Source of the DNA: Polyangiaceae bacterium
GTDB lineage: Bacteria; Myxococcota_A; Polyangia; Polyangiales; Polyangiaceae
Length of the DNA stretch: 64,000 nt
Assembly (NCBI GenBank): GCA_965222375.1
Contig: CBDCTZ010000016.1
Coordinates: 2,752,001-2,816,000, forward strand
Direction: 5' to 3'
The translations under genes and the position numbers were made by a program. This document shows, piece by piece, positions 9,264-19,221 of this stretch. Numbering within the stretch: position 1 is the first letter of the stretch; each line of letters begins with the position of its first letter. Below the pieces are notes generated by a model. It was given only the letters and a program-made list of their open reading frames with translations, was not told the origin of the DNA and made no database searches.

Positions 9264-11118
9264 TGGTGCTCGTCTCGCCGAAGGGCAGGAGGCGGGTGAT
9301 GCCGCTCTTGGCGTGGGCGGCCAGGGCGGCGCCGGTATCCGGACCTTTCTCCCTGGCGATCTCCAAGAGCTCCTTGGCGGCTCCAAACATGGCCTCGGCC
9401 GTTGCGGGAGCGCTCTTGGCGATGCTCAGCGTCGTGCTTATGCTGCGCTTCGCCAGCTTGGCGGCGCTGCGCCCAGCGCGGACGTGGGCCGGTGTGGCCT
9501 TGCGGATACCCACGGTGTGGACCAGGTCTGCCGTGGTGCAACCGGCGAAGTGATCCGGCTTGCAGAAGGGGTGTGCTAAGCGGGGGTGCTTTCGCACGTA
9601 CTCACTCACGTCCTCGAGGGTGATGTCGTACTTGGCGAGAGCGTCGGTCACTTCCTTGTGCGCGACTTGCTTTGCCTTGAACATGTACATCTGAACGCGG
9701 GAGTAGAAGTTGACGGCTCCGTCGCCGCTGGTCTCTACCGCGCAGTAGATCGTGCCCGGATACTTCTCGGTGATCAGGGACTGCACGCCGTCGCTCACGC
9801 CGCTGGAGGGCATGCAGCCGAAGGGCTTCACGCTCAGGGTCATGTTGCACTTGTTCTTGATCACATTGAGGATGAGCTTACCCACCTCCATATGACCCTC
9901 GCCGCCCCGCAGATCGTTGTTGTAGTGGGGCTCGGCAACGGCGGCGACCTCGTGCATGTCGGGTAGGTGGTAGCCGTACAGCCCGCCGGCGTGGGCGAAA
10001 GTCTGAAACACAGCGCGCAGGGCCTTGTCCGCTGCCCACAGTCCGACTCGACGGGTGAACACGCCCATCTCGTCCAGGTCTCCGAGACCGTACTTGCCGC
10101 CGTCGGCACCCCGCAGAGAGGCACGGTTTTCCGTGTCCCAGTGCACCTCCCAGATGTTGTAGAGGATCCAGGCGGTGACCAGCTGAATCTCACACTCGGC
10201 GGTCTCGCTCTCGAGGAAGCGCTGCAACGCGTAGTTTCCGTCACCCTCGGTGGTCATGGCCCAGAACTCACCGATGATGGCGGTTCGCGGACGGATCCGG
10301 GTTCGGTCGACTTCAATCTTGGCCAGCTCTTTCCGGGCGCGGAACAACGCCGCCAGGGCGCTGCGCCCCTCTCTCAGAGCTTTGTGAATGATGCCCTTGC
10401 ATCGCGCGACGGCCTCATCCGTGGCGCCAGGAACCACCTCGTAGGGGCGGATCCGATACGCCAGCGCGTTGAGCACGTCGCCGGCGAGGATCCCCTTGCT
10501 CAGGTGAAGGAAAAACTGCGGTCCGAGTTCCAGCCCACTGTCCTCGCCCGTTGCTTGTGACAGCCCGCCCTGTTGCTGAAACAGCATCACGCGAAAGCCG
10601 TCGAAGCCAGCGTCCCGAAGCGCCTTGCGGTATTCGGTCGTATACATGCCGAAGCGGCATGGGCCACAGGCGCCAGCGGTGACGAAGACGAACTTGTCGA
10701 CGATTTCTTTCGACGACATGCCCTTCTCGTCGCGCAGGTGCATCAGGAACTTCACGAGGTTGCCCACGGTGAAATAGGTTGGGTTGCACTGAGCCCGATT
10801 CCCGAACTCCTTGCCGACTCGCAAGGCCTCGTTGTCCGGGCAGTCCATGGCAAAGACGTTGTAGCCAAGGCTCTGGAGCGCCCCTTCGACGAAATAGTCG
10901 TGGGCCATGGTGAGGCCGCCGATGAGCAGCGTGATCCCTGGCTTCTCACTCTTGGTGAAGCCGAGGTCAGCCATGTCCTCGATCCAATGATCGCTATCCT
11001 CGAGGCCCAGACGGCGCTTCTCTTCCGCCTCGAAGGCGTCGAGCTCTGCCTGAAGTTCTGCCTCGTCCCGCGCGACGGGTAGGTGCTTTTTGGTCTCGAC
11101 TTCGACGTGTTGGGTCAT
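9229..11118 (-). CDS. 2-hydroxyacyl-CoA dehydratase-family subunit (COG3581-like partner of a CoA-enzyme activase)
   Basis: QCNPT, ACGPCRFG, GGEGHME and PFGCMPS Cys motifs; GAGGAGG Shine-Dalgarno. Confidence 0.85.
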   Translation of the reverse strand: MTQHVEVETKKHLPVARDEAELQAELDAFEAEEKRRLGLEDSDHWIEDMADLGFTKSEKPGITLLIGGLTMAHDYFVEGALQSLGYNVFAMDCPDNEALRVGKEFGNRAQCNPTYFTVGNLVKFLMHLRDEKGMSSKEIVDKFVFVTAGACGPCRFGMYTTEYRKALRDAGFDGFRVMLFQQQGGLSQATGEDSGLELGPQFFLHLSKGILAGDVLNALAYRIRPYEVVPGATDEAVARCKGIIHKALREGRSALAALFRARKELAKIEVDRTRIRPRTAIIGEFWAMTTEGDGNYALQRFLESETAECEIQLVTAWILYNIWEVHWDTENRASLRGADGGKYGLGDLDEMGVFTRRVGLWAADKALRAVFQTFAHAGGLYGYHLPDMHEVAAVAEPHYNNDLRGGEGHMEVGKLILNVIKNKCNMTLSVKPFGCMPSSGVSDGVQSLITEKYPGTIYCAVETSGDGAVNFYSRVQMYMFKAKQVAHKEVTDALAKYDITLEDVSEYVRKHPRLAHPFCKPDHFAGCTTADLVHTVGIRKATPAHVRAGRSAAKLAKRSISTTLSIAKSAPATAEAMFGAAKELLEIAREKGPDTGAALAAHAKSGITRLLPFGETSTTQSSGFAAAAG

Positions 11119-11150
11119 GAATCGGTCCTCCTCGGAGCGCCCGGCGCTCG

Positions 11151-11195
11151 ACTGACGCGCGTGTCAGTGTACGCGGCGATTGACCGATCTCAAGT
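11151..11195 (-). promoter_or_regulatory. Sigma70-like promoter (TTGAGA-N16-TACACT) with overlapping palindromic operator ACTGAC-N6-GTCAGT
   Basis: Operator at 11151-11168; 34/45 nt identical to 52909-52953, at the same distance (33 nt) from the ATG. Confidence 0.75.
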
Positions 11196-11300
11196 GACTG
11201 GGAGGAAGAATCCGGGTGCTAAGCAAAGTTAAGTAGATCCAAGTATTTATGGATGCGATCCCGCGCCCGGTCCTTCCAAAGCTGGTCTTGGCCGCCAGGT

Positions 11301-11318
11301 AATGACGGCGGTGTCGTT
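11301..11318. promoter_or_regulatory. Secondary (imperfect) TGAC-N6-GTCA-type operator
   Basis: AATGACGGCGGTGTCGTT, 150 bp from the primary site. Confidence 0.45.
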
Positions 11319-11400
11319 CCCGCCCGGGCCGCGGCACTCGATATAGTTCAGAGGCGCCAAGCAGTGTCGTGCGCGTCGGGCCGCCGAGCCCGGCGCCACC

Positions 11401-12480
11401 TCAGAGGCAGCAAGTAGACGCCGCGGGGATGGTCGCGACCTGAGGCGGCGCGGTGTCGATCAAGACGAACAGCGAGTCTTGGTGCCAGGTCAGCGCGATG
11501 ACCCTCGCTACGAGTTCCGCGAGACTGTCAGGCTGGGCGTTGGGTTCTTTCTTCAACCGGACCACGCGCCCACTTTCCGTGCCCGCGTAGAGATGGGGAC
11601 CGCCGCTCACCATGTCGACGATGCGTGGGAAGTCGGTTTGCGACAGCTCGTTGGTTCCTCCAAGAGTGCCATCGCTGGCGAAGATGTTGCTGCCGCCGCC
11701 GTCGGTGGCGAAGTACGCTTCGGCACTGCTCACGACCAGGAGGGCTCCGCTCGATATGTCCTTCAGTTTTTCCGGCGTGGCTTTGTCCCCAAAGGTCGCA
11801 GGAATATCGAAGCCGAAGAAGCCGGACTCGGACGTGTAGTACAAGCGATTGCCCCCGACGCCGAGCTGCCGAACCAAGTTCAGGGAGGTCACAAGATACG
11901 AGTCCGAAGGTTCTGCGCGATCGACGCGCATGATGCTGTTGCCCACGGTGATGAAGGCGTCTTTGGCGTCCACCGCAAATGCAATGACGGGGGACGCCAG
12001 GTTGTTGGTCGGAAGCCACTGGGTGACTTGGGTATCCTTCGGGGCGATTCTCGCCACCCGGCGTTCAGACGCGACGAATAGGTCATTGCCCTGCGTCTTG
12101 GCCACGCTCATGGGATCGGCGTGTTGAAAGGCTGTTCCGCAGTTGAAATTCTCCGGGGCGCACAACTCGATTCGCCCCGTGGCCTTGGAAGTCCCCCCGG
12201 GGATCGCGAGACGTTGCGCGTCGGGCCAAATCACCACGTCAGCGGGAATCGTCTCACTTGGAACCGGATCGAGCTTCGGCTTGCAGGGCGTGCACGTGCT
12301 CCCACCTCCGGTCCCAGTTCCGCCCGAGCCCCCGACAGAAGCGTCGCCGCTGCCACCACCCGAGCCCCCAGAGCCGCTTGTCCCTCCGACGCCGGCGCCG
12401 CCGCCAGAGCTATTCGAGCGCGACGACTGGCTGCTGCACGCCAGCAGTCCGAGACACAGGATGGCGAGCCCCTGGCGCAT
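11401..12480 (-). CDS. Putative lipoprotein with Gly-rich linker and beta-propeller-like domain
   Basis: MRQGLAILCLGLLAC lipobox; repeated strand motifs (FAVDAKDAFIT, LGVGGNRLYYT, VSGGPHLYAG). Confidence 0.7.
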   Translation of the reverse strand: MRQGLAILCLGLLACSSQSSRSNSSGGGAGVGGTSGSGGSGGGSGDASVGGSGGTGTGGGSTCTPCKPKLDPVPSETIPADVVIWPDAQRLAIPGGTSKATGRIELCAPENFNCGTAFQHADPMSVAKTQGNDLFVASERRVARIAPKDTQVTQWLPTNNLASPVIAFAVDAKDAFITVGNSIMRVDRAEPSDSYLVTSLNLVRQLGVGGNRLYYTSESGFFGFDIPATFGDKATPEKLKDISSGALLVVSSAEAYFATDGGGSNIFASDGTLGGTNELSQTDFPRIVDMVSGGPHLYAGTESGRVVRLKKEPNAQPDSLAELVARVIALTWHQDSLFVLIDTAPPQVATIPAASTCCL

Positions 12481-12579
12481 GCAGCTCAATTTAGCAGAGG
12501 ATGCCCCGTGGAGTTGCCCCTTTTGTCCTTGAAATGCCGAAGCGCGCGGGCCGAGCCGGATGCTGCTAGGTTGCGCCCT

Positions 12580-13176
12580 GTGAAGCAATCTAGCCCGGCC
12601 GCGATCCGCAACCGTGACCCCATACTCAGCGTGTTGCGCAAGGTCTTGCCTCCCAACGGCACCGTGTTGGAGATCGGTAGCGGAACCGGCGAACACGTCA
12701 TTCATTTCGCCGCTGCGCTGCCGGAGCTCGAATTTCAGCCCACGGACTCGAGCCCGGCGGCGTTGGAGAGTTTGAAAGCGCATCTGGCGGACACGCCTCT
12801 GCCCAACGTGTTGCCCCCGATCTGCGTGGACGTGACCCAGGACCCTTGGGAAGTCGAGTGGGCCGACGCGGTCATCTGCTCCAACATGATCCACATTGCG
12901 CCTTGGACGGCGTGTGAGGGACTGATGCGCGGAGCAGCCCGCCTGCTTGCGCCAGAGGCCCCCTTGGTGACCTACGGGCCGTATCGCTTCCACGGTGAGT
13001 TTCTAGCGGCCAGCAACGCCGCCTTCGATGCATCCCTCAAGCGGCGGGATCCCGAGTGGGGCGTGCGTGACGTGGACGATGTGCTTGCGTGCGCCGATGC
13101 CAACGGTTTCGAACACGAGAAAACCGTCGCGATGCCCGCAAACAACCACATGCTGATCTTTCGACGAGCCCCTTGA
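12580..13176 (+). CDS. DUF938 family SAM-dependent methyltransferase
   Basis: SPAAIRNRDPIL, LEIGSGTGEH, NMIHIAPW, YGPY, SNAAFD and MPANN motifs. Confidence 0.9.
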   Translation: MKQSSPAAIRNRDPILSVLRKVLPPNGTVLEIGSGTGEHVIHFAAALPELEFQPTDSSPAALESLKAHLADTPLPNVLPPICVDVTQDPWEVEWADAVICSNMIHIAPWTACEGLMRGAARLLAPEAPLVTYGPYRFHGEFLAASNAAFDASLKRRDPEWGVRDVDDVLACADANGFEHEKTVAMPANNHMLIFRRAP

Positions 13177-13184
13177 CGAAGCCA

Positions 13185-14051
13185 ATGCTTGGGCCGCTTC
13201 GTGACGCTTGGGCTGCAGCTGTCCGTGAGCTCAGACGTGCGCCGGCCGTTGCGATGGTTCTCCTCGGCGTGGCCGGATGCGTGAGCGCGCCGTCGAAGCC
13301 CGCAAGCCCCCAGCCATCCGAGAAAGGGCTTGCTTCCACCCCGCCAGCAGCCACTTCGGCCGCCCCTGCGGCCCTAGCAGCCCCAACCCCCCCGCCGCCC
13401 AAACCTCCTCCCGAGCCCCCGGATCCGGGCAAAGCCAACCTCGACCCAGCCGATGACGAAGTGGTCGGGCCGCCCGCGCCCATACCCGACTGCGAATCCC
13501 GATTGGAAGCGGCAGGCGTGAGTTTCAAAGCGGCCAAGCTGTCAGTGCGCACTCAAGCGTCTGGAGCGCAGTGTGGCGCCGAGCAGGTGGTTGTCTACCT
13601 GAAAGGGCCCACAGGGATCGCTTGGAACGCGAAGCCCACGGTGACCTGTCAGATGGCGCTGGGCCTCGCGCGCTTCGAGAAGATCCTGCAAGAAGAGGCC
13701 AAGGCGCTGCTCGACACTCAAGTGAAAGGCATTCAGCAGGGGGGCACGTATTCCTGCCGCCGAATGGCTCGCTTCGCGCTGCGAAGCGAGCACAGCTACG
13801 CCAACGCCATGGACATCTATGGCTTCAGCTTTGCGAACGGTAAGCGCATCAACGTCAAGCTTCACTTCGGCAAGTTGAGCGAAGAGCCCGACGTGCCCAC
13901 GTCCAAGTTTCTGCGCAAGGTTGCTCGGCGTGCTTTTTTCGAAGATGTCTTCTCTGTCGTGCTCACCCCGTTCTGGGACAAGCTCCACGCAGACCACCTA
14001 CACATCGACCAAGCGCGCTATCGCGTGAACGCCACCAGCTTGCGGGAGTGA
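13185..14051 (+). CDS. Extensin-like C-terminal domain lipoprotein (M15-like Zn motif)
   Basis: VAGC lipobox, Pro-rich linker, YSCR, SEHSYANAMDI, HADHLHID; start uncertain. Confidence 0.8.
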   Translation: MLGPLRDAWAAAVRELRRAPAVAMVLLGVAGCVSAPSKPASPQPSEKGLASTPPAATSAAPAALAAPTPPPPKPPPEPPDPGKANLDPADDEVVGPPAPIPDCESRLEAAGVSFKAAKLSVRTQASGAQCGAEQVVVYLKGPTGIAWNAKPTVTCQMALGLARFEKILQEEAKALLDTQVKGIQQGGTYSCRRMARFALRSEHSYANAMDIYGFSFANGKRINVKLHFGKLSEEPDVPTSKFLRKVARRAFFEDVFSVVLTPFWDKLHADHLHIDQARYRVNATSLRE

Positions 14052-14075
14052 CGTCGTTCACCCTCGCGCCGCGGC

Positions 14076-15623
14076 TCACGCGGGCGCGACAGTCAGATTG
14101 GCCGACTCTTGCGCCTGCTTACGTCGGGCCTCGATGTTCCCGCGCTCCTCGTTCCACCAGGCGCGCGCGCGAGCGGGGGTCCAGTCGGTTGCATTCGGGC
14201 AATCGAGCAGGGCCTGGGCAAGTTCAGCTGCTGACTGAAAGCGCTCGTCGGGCGCCTTCTCGAGGCAGCGCATGATGATGGCCTCGAGGGGGCCGTCGAT
14301 CGTGACACCGCGATCGCTCAAGGGGTCGGGCTTGCTGTGGAGATGATGCGCGAATACCTCGACCGAGTTGCCGCTGAAGACGGGCGCGCCGGTCAGTAGA
14401 AAGTACGCAACGGCGCCAAGGGCGTATAGATCCGTGCGCCCGTCCACAGAGTCCGGATCCGTGAGGGATTCGGGCGCCATGTACAGCGGCGTGCCCTGAA
14501 TGGTGTCCACGCCGCTGAGCTTGGCTTCTTTGGGGGTTTCGATGTCCTTGACCAAGCCAAAGTCGAGTACTTTGACCACATCGGCTGCTCCGCCTCGCTC
14601 GCATAGCGCAATGTTGTCCGGCTTGATGTCGCGGTGGACCAGGCCCATCTCGTGAGCTTCGCTGAGGGCGCCGGCAACCTGAACCAGGATGTGCACGGTT
14701 CGCTCAGGGGGAAGGGGACCATACGATTCGACCAGATGTTCCAGACTGAGCCCGTCGAGGTACTCCATCGCGTAGTAGAAAACGCCGTCTTGGGTACGGC
14801 CGAAGTCGAAGATGGCGACGGTATTCGGGTGGGTCAGGCGGCTCGTTTCCTGCACCTCGCGTTCAAAGCGGGCGATGGCCTTCTCGCCTGCCTTCTCCGG
14901 CGGCAAGAGTTTCACGGCCGTCGGTCTCCGTAGCATTCGGTGGCGGGCGAGGTAGACCGCGCCCATCCCCCCTTCACCGATCTTCGTCTCTAGCGTGTAC
15001 TCCCCGAGTTGCATCGCCTCGCGCACTCTGGTCTGCAAGCCGTACACCACGTGGGAAATCACCCCAGCGACGAAAGAGAGTGCAATGGTGGCGAAGAGGT
15101 GTACGGATAGCGGCAGCATCCACGGCTCGTAGGCCTCCTGACCTGGCATCGTGATGACCAAGCCCTCCCAGCCCATGGCGCTGGTGGCAGTCATCGCTCC
15201 ACCCCAAACCAGCCCGACGAGTATCGACAGCCATGCTGGGCTGGGAATGATCGCCGCCCGCAGCATGAGCACGACCGCGAGCAAGATTGGAGTAAACATA
15301 GCCATCGCGCCGCCGGCGCCTTCGATCGGCGGCTTGAGGGGCAACATGGCGAAGGCGCTCAAGGCGACTGCCGTCCCGAGGAGCTCGAGCGAGCGACATG
15401 CCCACGCCGGGCGCTTGCCCGTTCGAAGAATGCCCCAGACGGTGGCGTTGGATACGAGGGCCACGAGGGACGCCACTCGTGTGCTCGAAAACAACGCTTC
15501 GCCTTCCGCCGGGAAGGCGAAGTCTGTAGCCAGCATAGCCGCGAAGAAAACCCATGCTACGCCGGCGAATAAAGCGACGCGCTGCTGCAAGTACGCGCGA
15601 GGGTCCTTCAGTGTGTCGGTCAT
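14076..15623 (-). CDS. Hanks-type Ser/Thr protein kinase with N-terminal multi-TM domain
   Basis: GEGGMG, AVK, HRDIKPDN, DFG, GTPLYMAPE and DLYALG; about six hydrophobic segments precede the kinase domain. Confidence 0.93.
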   Translation of the reverse strand: MTDTLKDPRAYLQQRVALFAGVAWVFFAAMLATDFAFPAEGEALFSSTRVASLVALVSNATVWGILRTGKRPAWACRSLELLGTAVALSAFAMLPLKPPIEGAGGAMAMFTPILLAVVLMLRAAIIPSPAWLSILVGLVWGGAMTATSAMGWEGLVITMPGQEAYEPWMLPLSVHLFATIALSFVAGVISHVVYGLQTRVREAMQLGEYTLETKIGEGGMGAVYLARHRMLRRPTAVKLLPPEKAGEKAIARFEREVQETSRLTHPNTVAIFDFGRTQDGVFYYAMEYLDGLSLEHLVESYGPLPPERTVHILVQVAGALSEAHEMGLVHRDIKPDNIALCERGGAADVVKVLDFGLVKDIETPKEAKLSGVDTIQGTPLYMAPESLTDPDSVDGRTDLYALGAVAYFLLTGAPVFSGNSVEVFAHHLHSKPDPLSDRGVTIDGPLEAIIMRCLEKAPDERFQSAAELAQALLDCPNATDWTPARARAWWNEERGNIEARRKQAQESANLTVAPA

Positions 15624-15691
15624 CGAAAGCCGTGGCGGTAGGTCAGGTCGACGAACCACGCCTCGAGGTTGCTAGGGTTGGTCGGCGACCC

Positions 15692-16063
15692 CTATGTCTT
15701 GTGTACCGCCTCGATTCGGTGGCCGTCGAGGTCGATGATGAAGGCGGCGTAGTAGGTCGGGCCGTAGTGCGGGCGGAGCCCCGGGCCGCCATTGTCTGAC
15801 GCCCCGTGCTGCAGTGCAGCTTTGTGGAATGCATCGACAGCGTCACGTGACGGCGCCGCGAAAGCTACGTGGAAGCGTGGGCCAGCTGACGCAGATGGGA
15901 CGGCGTGTTTGAGTGCGAACTTGTCTTCCCCGTCCCTTACGCCATAGCCCGTGAACCCATCGCTAGAGCAGACTCGGCGGTAGCCCAACTCCTGAAGGGC
16001 CGCGTCGTAGAGGGCCGACGATTTTTCGAGACGGGCGACCGGCAGTGAAAGGTGGTGGAGCAT
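15692..16063 (-). CDS. VOC/glyoxalase family protein
   Basis: HHLSL, HVAFAA, DNGGPGLRPHY, YYAAF..DLDGHRIE. Confidence 0.9.
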   Translation of the reverse strand: MLHHLSLPVARLEKSSALYDAALQELGYRRVCSSDGFTGYGVRDGEDKFALKHAVPSASAGPRFHVAFAAPSRDAVDAFHKAALQHGASDNGGPGLRPHYGPTYYAAFIIDLDGHRIEAVHKT

Positions 16064-16209
16064 GCCGACCGGCATTCTGGCACTCGGCCTCGAGCGTCAG
16101 CAATAGCCCACCTGTGAAACCAAGGGGGTTCTGTGGGGTTGGAGGGTGCAGCGCGGCTCCCAAAGCCTGGTCGGTTGGCAGTAACCGCGCCCGCCTGCGC
16201 GCCGTACTA

Positions 16210-17019
16210 ATGCCCGTGCGCCTGGCTCTGCTTCTGATCGCGATCTTCGCTCTGGGATGTTCCCGCAAGGAGGATCAGCGGCCCGTACGCACCGAGCCGG
16301 AGCCAGCGGTGCTCGCGCCTCCAAAGGCCAAGGTTGCGGTGGCGGAGCCGGTGGCTTTGGTGGAGCTTTACACGAGCGAGGGCTGTTCGAGCTGCCCACC
16401 GGCGGACGAGAACCTGACGCGGATCGCTTACGCCGCGCGAGACTCTGGCCAGCGCGTCATCGCGCTTTCGTTCCACGTCGACTACTGGAACTACATTGGC
16501 TGGAAGGATCCCTTCAGCGCGGCGCAGTATTCCGAGCGACAGCGCCGCTACGCCAAGCGACTAGGCTCGGGCGTGTACACGCCGCAGATGGTGGTCGCGG
16601 GGCGTGAGCAGTTCTTGGGGTCCCGAGAGGGCAAAGCGGATGCAGCGATTGAGCGAGCACTCGCGCGGCCGTCGACTCATGCGGTTTCCATGAGCGCGAA
16701 GGGCGCTTCGAAAATCGGCTTCGAAGTCATCGGCCCTGCTGGCGACGTCGTGGTGCACGTGGCCGTTGCGCAGGGCGCTGGCGGCGTGAAGGTGAAACGC
16801 GGCGAGAACGCGGGGCGAACGCTCAGTCACGTGAACATCGTGCGGGCGCTCTCGAGCAAGCGCACCCGGGCTCCGGGGGGCGGCCAGTTGACCTTGGATA
16901 TTCCTGCGGCCGTCGACAAGCGCTCCGCGATGGTGGTCGCTTGGGTCGAAGGTGCGGAGAGCGGACACGTGCTGGGCGCAGCTGCCAGAAGCGGTCTGCT
17001 TGCGTCCACGTCGCAATGA
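16210..17019 (+). CDS. DUF1223 thioredoxin-like lipoprotein
   Basis: ALGC lipobox, VELYTSEGCSSCPPAD, FHVDYWNYIGWKDPF, YTPQ, GENAGRTL.H. Confidence 0.9.
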   Translation: MPVRLALLLIAIFALGCSRKEDQRPVRTEPEPAVLAPPKAKVAVAEPVALVELYTSEGCSSCPPADENLTRIAYAARDSGQRVIALSFHVDYWNYIGWKDPFSAAQYSERQRRYAKRLGSGVYTPQMVVAGREQFLGSREGKADAAIERALARPSTHAVSMSAKGASKIGFEVIGPAGDVVVHVAVAQGAGGVKVKRGENAGRTLSHVNIVRALSSKRTRAPGGGQLTLDIPAAVDKRSAMVVAWVEGAESGHVLGAAARSGLLASTSQ

Positions 17020-17142
17020 AGCCGTCGCGCCGGGTTTGCGCGTTGATGTAGCCGTCAGCCGAGGTGATGCTTTCGATCGCCAACGGGCCGCGGTGCCACA
17101 AGGCCTCTTCTCGTTTCCCCTGGACCATGATGTCATCCCCTC

Positions 17143-19221
17143 GTGCAACGGCGGGCACACATATCGCTCTTGATCTTCGCGGCGCTGGCTTGTCAGCGCG
17201 AGCCTGCCCCGCCGGCGCCCACCCCGAGCGTTAGCTCCAATCGAGCGACGGCGCCGCAAGCCAGCGCCGCGCCAGGGGTTTCGATCGCCCAATCGAGCGC
17301 TCCCAAATCCCCAGAGCCAGCCAGTCCCTGCCCGCGGGAGATGGTGCTGGTTTCCGGCCGTTATTGCGTCGACCGCTTTGAAATCTCACTGGAGGATCAG
17401 GCGTCGGGCGCTTCGCTGTCCCCGCATTACCCCGTGCGCACCGAGTACGCGGGATTCTTACGGATTCGCAAGAGCGAAGCCAAGAAGCTCGGGAAGACCT
17501 TCGACGCGGGCGAGGTGGGCGCGACGCCGTTTCCGGAGCTGTCGAAACTGCAAATGGGCGGCAAGTTCGTCGCTAAGGCGGTGAGCAAGAAGGGCGTCTT
17601 GCCCAATGGCTTCTTGTCTCGGAACACGGCGCGGGCGGCCTGCGAAGTGGCAGGCAAGCGCTTGTGCACTCGCTCCGAGTGGCGCATGGCCTGCAAGGGC
17701 GAACTGGGCACCAAGTATCCCTATGGCAGGAAGTACGAGCGGGTGCAGTGCAACTTGGGTCGCGGCAAACATCCTGCACGTATTCTCTTCGGTAAGCCCT
17801 CGGCCAGCGTGATCGATCCGCGGCTGAACCTGATGCAGCTCGACGGCGCGCCGCTGCTGCGCAAGACCGGCGACACGCCGACTTGCAAGAGCAGTTGGGG
17901 CAGCGACGCCATCTACGACATGGTCGGCAACCTGGACGAGTGGGTCGACGACGACCGCGGCATCTTCCTGGGCGCTGCGTACACGCGTTACACCAAAGCT
18001 GGCTGCAGCGCAGCCATCGACGCGCACCCCGCTGGCTACTGGGATTACTCCACGGGTGCGCGCTGCTGCCAGGACGCGAAAGGTGCGGAAACGCCGACGC
18101 CTGACGCTGCTGCCGCCAAAGAATTCGAGCGACGGGCGACTCGGATGATTCGCGACGAACAGGCAGCCGCGGCCCGCGGCTTAGTGCGAGAAGCGCTGCG
18201 CAGCTCGCCCCGCGACGCGACCCTAAACAAACTCTACGACAAGACTTTGGTTCGAGATCCGGGCTTTGCCATGCAGCCCCGAGACATCGATCTCTCGTCC
18301 GGGGTGGATGCCATCAAGTATTTGGGCGGAGGGTCGACCGTCACCATGCGGTTCATCGAGGACGAAAAGGTGACCGCTGCGTTCAAGCCAGAACAGACCG
18401 ACGGCGCCAGTGATTACCAATCGGAGATCGCGGCCTGGCGCTTGTGCGAGATCTTGCGCTGTGACTTCTACGTACCCCGCAACGAACCCGTGCGCTTGGA
18501 AAAGAGCGTGTTCGAGACGTTGTACTCGCGGATCTCCAGCGACAAACAGCGCACCTACCGTCGCCGCCACTTCTTCAAGTTGGTGTGGCGCAAGGACGCG
18601 GGCAAAGAGTACTTGCTCGGCGCGCTGGAAGACTGGGTCAAGCACTTGGTCGAATTGCCGGTGGAGCACGTCCACGTGTGGCAGCCCTGGCTCTCCCAGC
18701 CCGCAGCAGGAGGCGTGGCTCTGTCAAGCCTCGAACGGCCCGCCATCGACGCGTTTTCAGTCAAAGACGCGCGCAACTCCGAAGCGCACCGGCGCAACAT
18801 GCGCAAGCAGTTTCGCGACATGACCCAGCTGCAGTTGGCGCGGCTTCTGAGCCAGCTCTTCGTTTTTGACTACTTGATTGGCAACTGGGACCGCATGAGC
18901 ACCAAGCCGGCGTACTACGGTTCCAATTGCCACATCGCAGACGGACGGATCGTCAGCATCGACAACGCGGCCGCGTTTCGGGACGGGGTGCACCCGAAAC
19001 TGGAAAAGCGATTCGAACCCATTCAACGGTTCAGCGCCGCTTTCATCATGCAAATCCGTGATTTGAACCGCGACCGCACACTGCGGCGACTGTTCCCGGA
19101 CGCAGATGCCGAACAAAAGACCCGGTTTGCCGTGTTCTGGAAGCAGCGCGAGCGCCTGCTTGCGCGAGTCGCCCAGCTCGAAAAGAAGCACGGTTCTCTG
19201 GCGGTCCTCAGCTTCGACTGA
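17143..19221 (+). CDS. Lipoprotein: FGE/SUMF1-like domain fused to an atypical (Fam20C/PI4K-like) kinase domain
   Basis: ALAC lipobox. FGE motifs CPREMV, YCVDRFE, GKRLCT..EW, YPYG, YDMVGNLDEW, GARCC. Kinase motifs LGGGST, AAFKP, SEIAAWRL, DYLIGNWDR, IDN. Confidence 0.8.
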   Translation: MQRRAHISLLIFAALACQREPAPPAPTPSVSSNRATAPQASAAPGVSIAQSSAPKSPEPASPCPREMVLVSGRYCVDRFEISLEDQASGASLSPHYPVRTEYAGFLRIRKSEAKKLGKTFDAGEVGATPFPELSKLQMGGKFVAKAVSKKGVLPNGFLSRNTARAACEVAGKRLCTRSEWRMACKGELGTKYPYGRKYERVQCNLGRGKHPARILFGKPSASVIDPRLNLMQLDGAPLLRKTGDTPTCKSSWGSDAIYDMVGNLDEWVDDDRGIFLGAAYTRYTKAGCSAAIDAHPAGYWDYSTGARCCQDAKGAETPTPDAAAAKEFERRATRMIRDEQAAAARGLVREALRSSPRDATLNKLYDKTLVRDPGFAMQPRDIDLSSGVDAIKYLGGGSTVTMRFIEDEKVTAAFKPEQTDGASDYQSEIAAWRLCEILRCDFYVPRNEPVRLEKSVFETLYSRISSDKQRTYRRRHFFKLVWRKDAGKEYLLGALEDWVKHLVELPVEHVHVWQPWLSQPAAGGVALSSLERPAIDAFSVKDARNSEAHRRNMRKQFRDMTQLQLARLLSQLFVFDYLIGNWDRMSTKPAYYGSNCHIADGRIVSIDNAAAFRDGVHPKLEKRFEPIQRFSAAFIMQIRDLNRDRTLRRLFPDADAEQKTRFAVFWKQRERLLARVAQLEKKHGSLAVLSFD

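Noticed and set aside
11401..12993. 530-aa long version and other upstream-extended ORFs (6389-7750, 12121-13176, 16045-17019)
   Set aside because: The extensions overlap well-supported opposite-strand genes; high GC keeps the frames open
17143..18100. FGE/CLec domain as a diversity-generating retroelement target
   Set aside because: No reverse transcriptase or template repeat seen in the window
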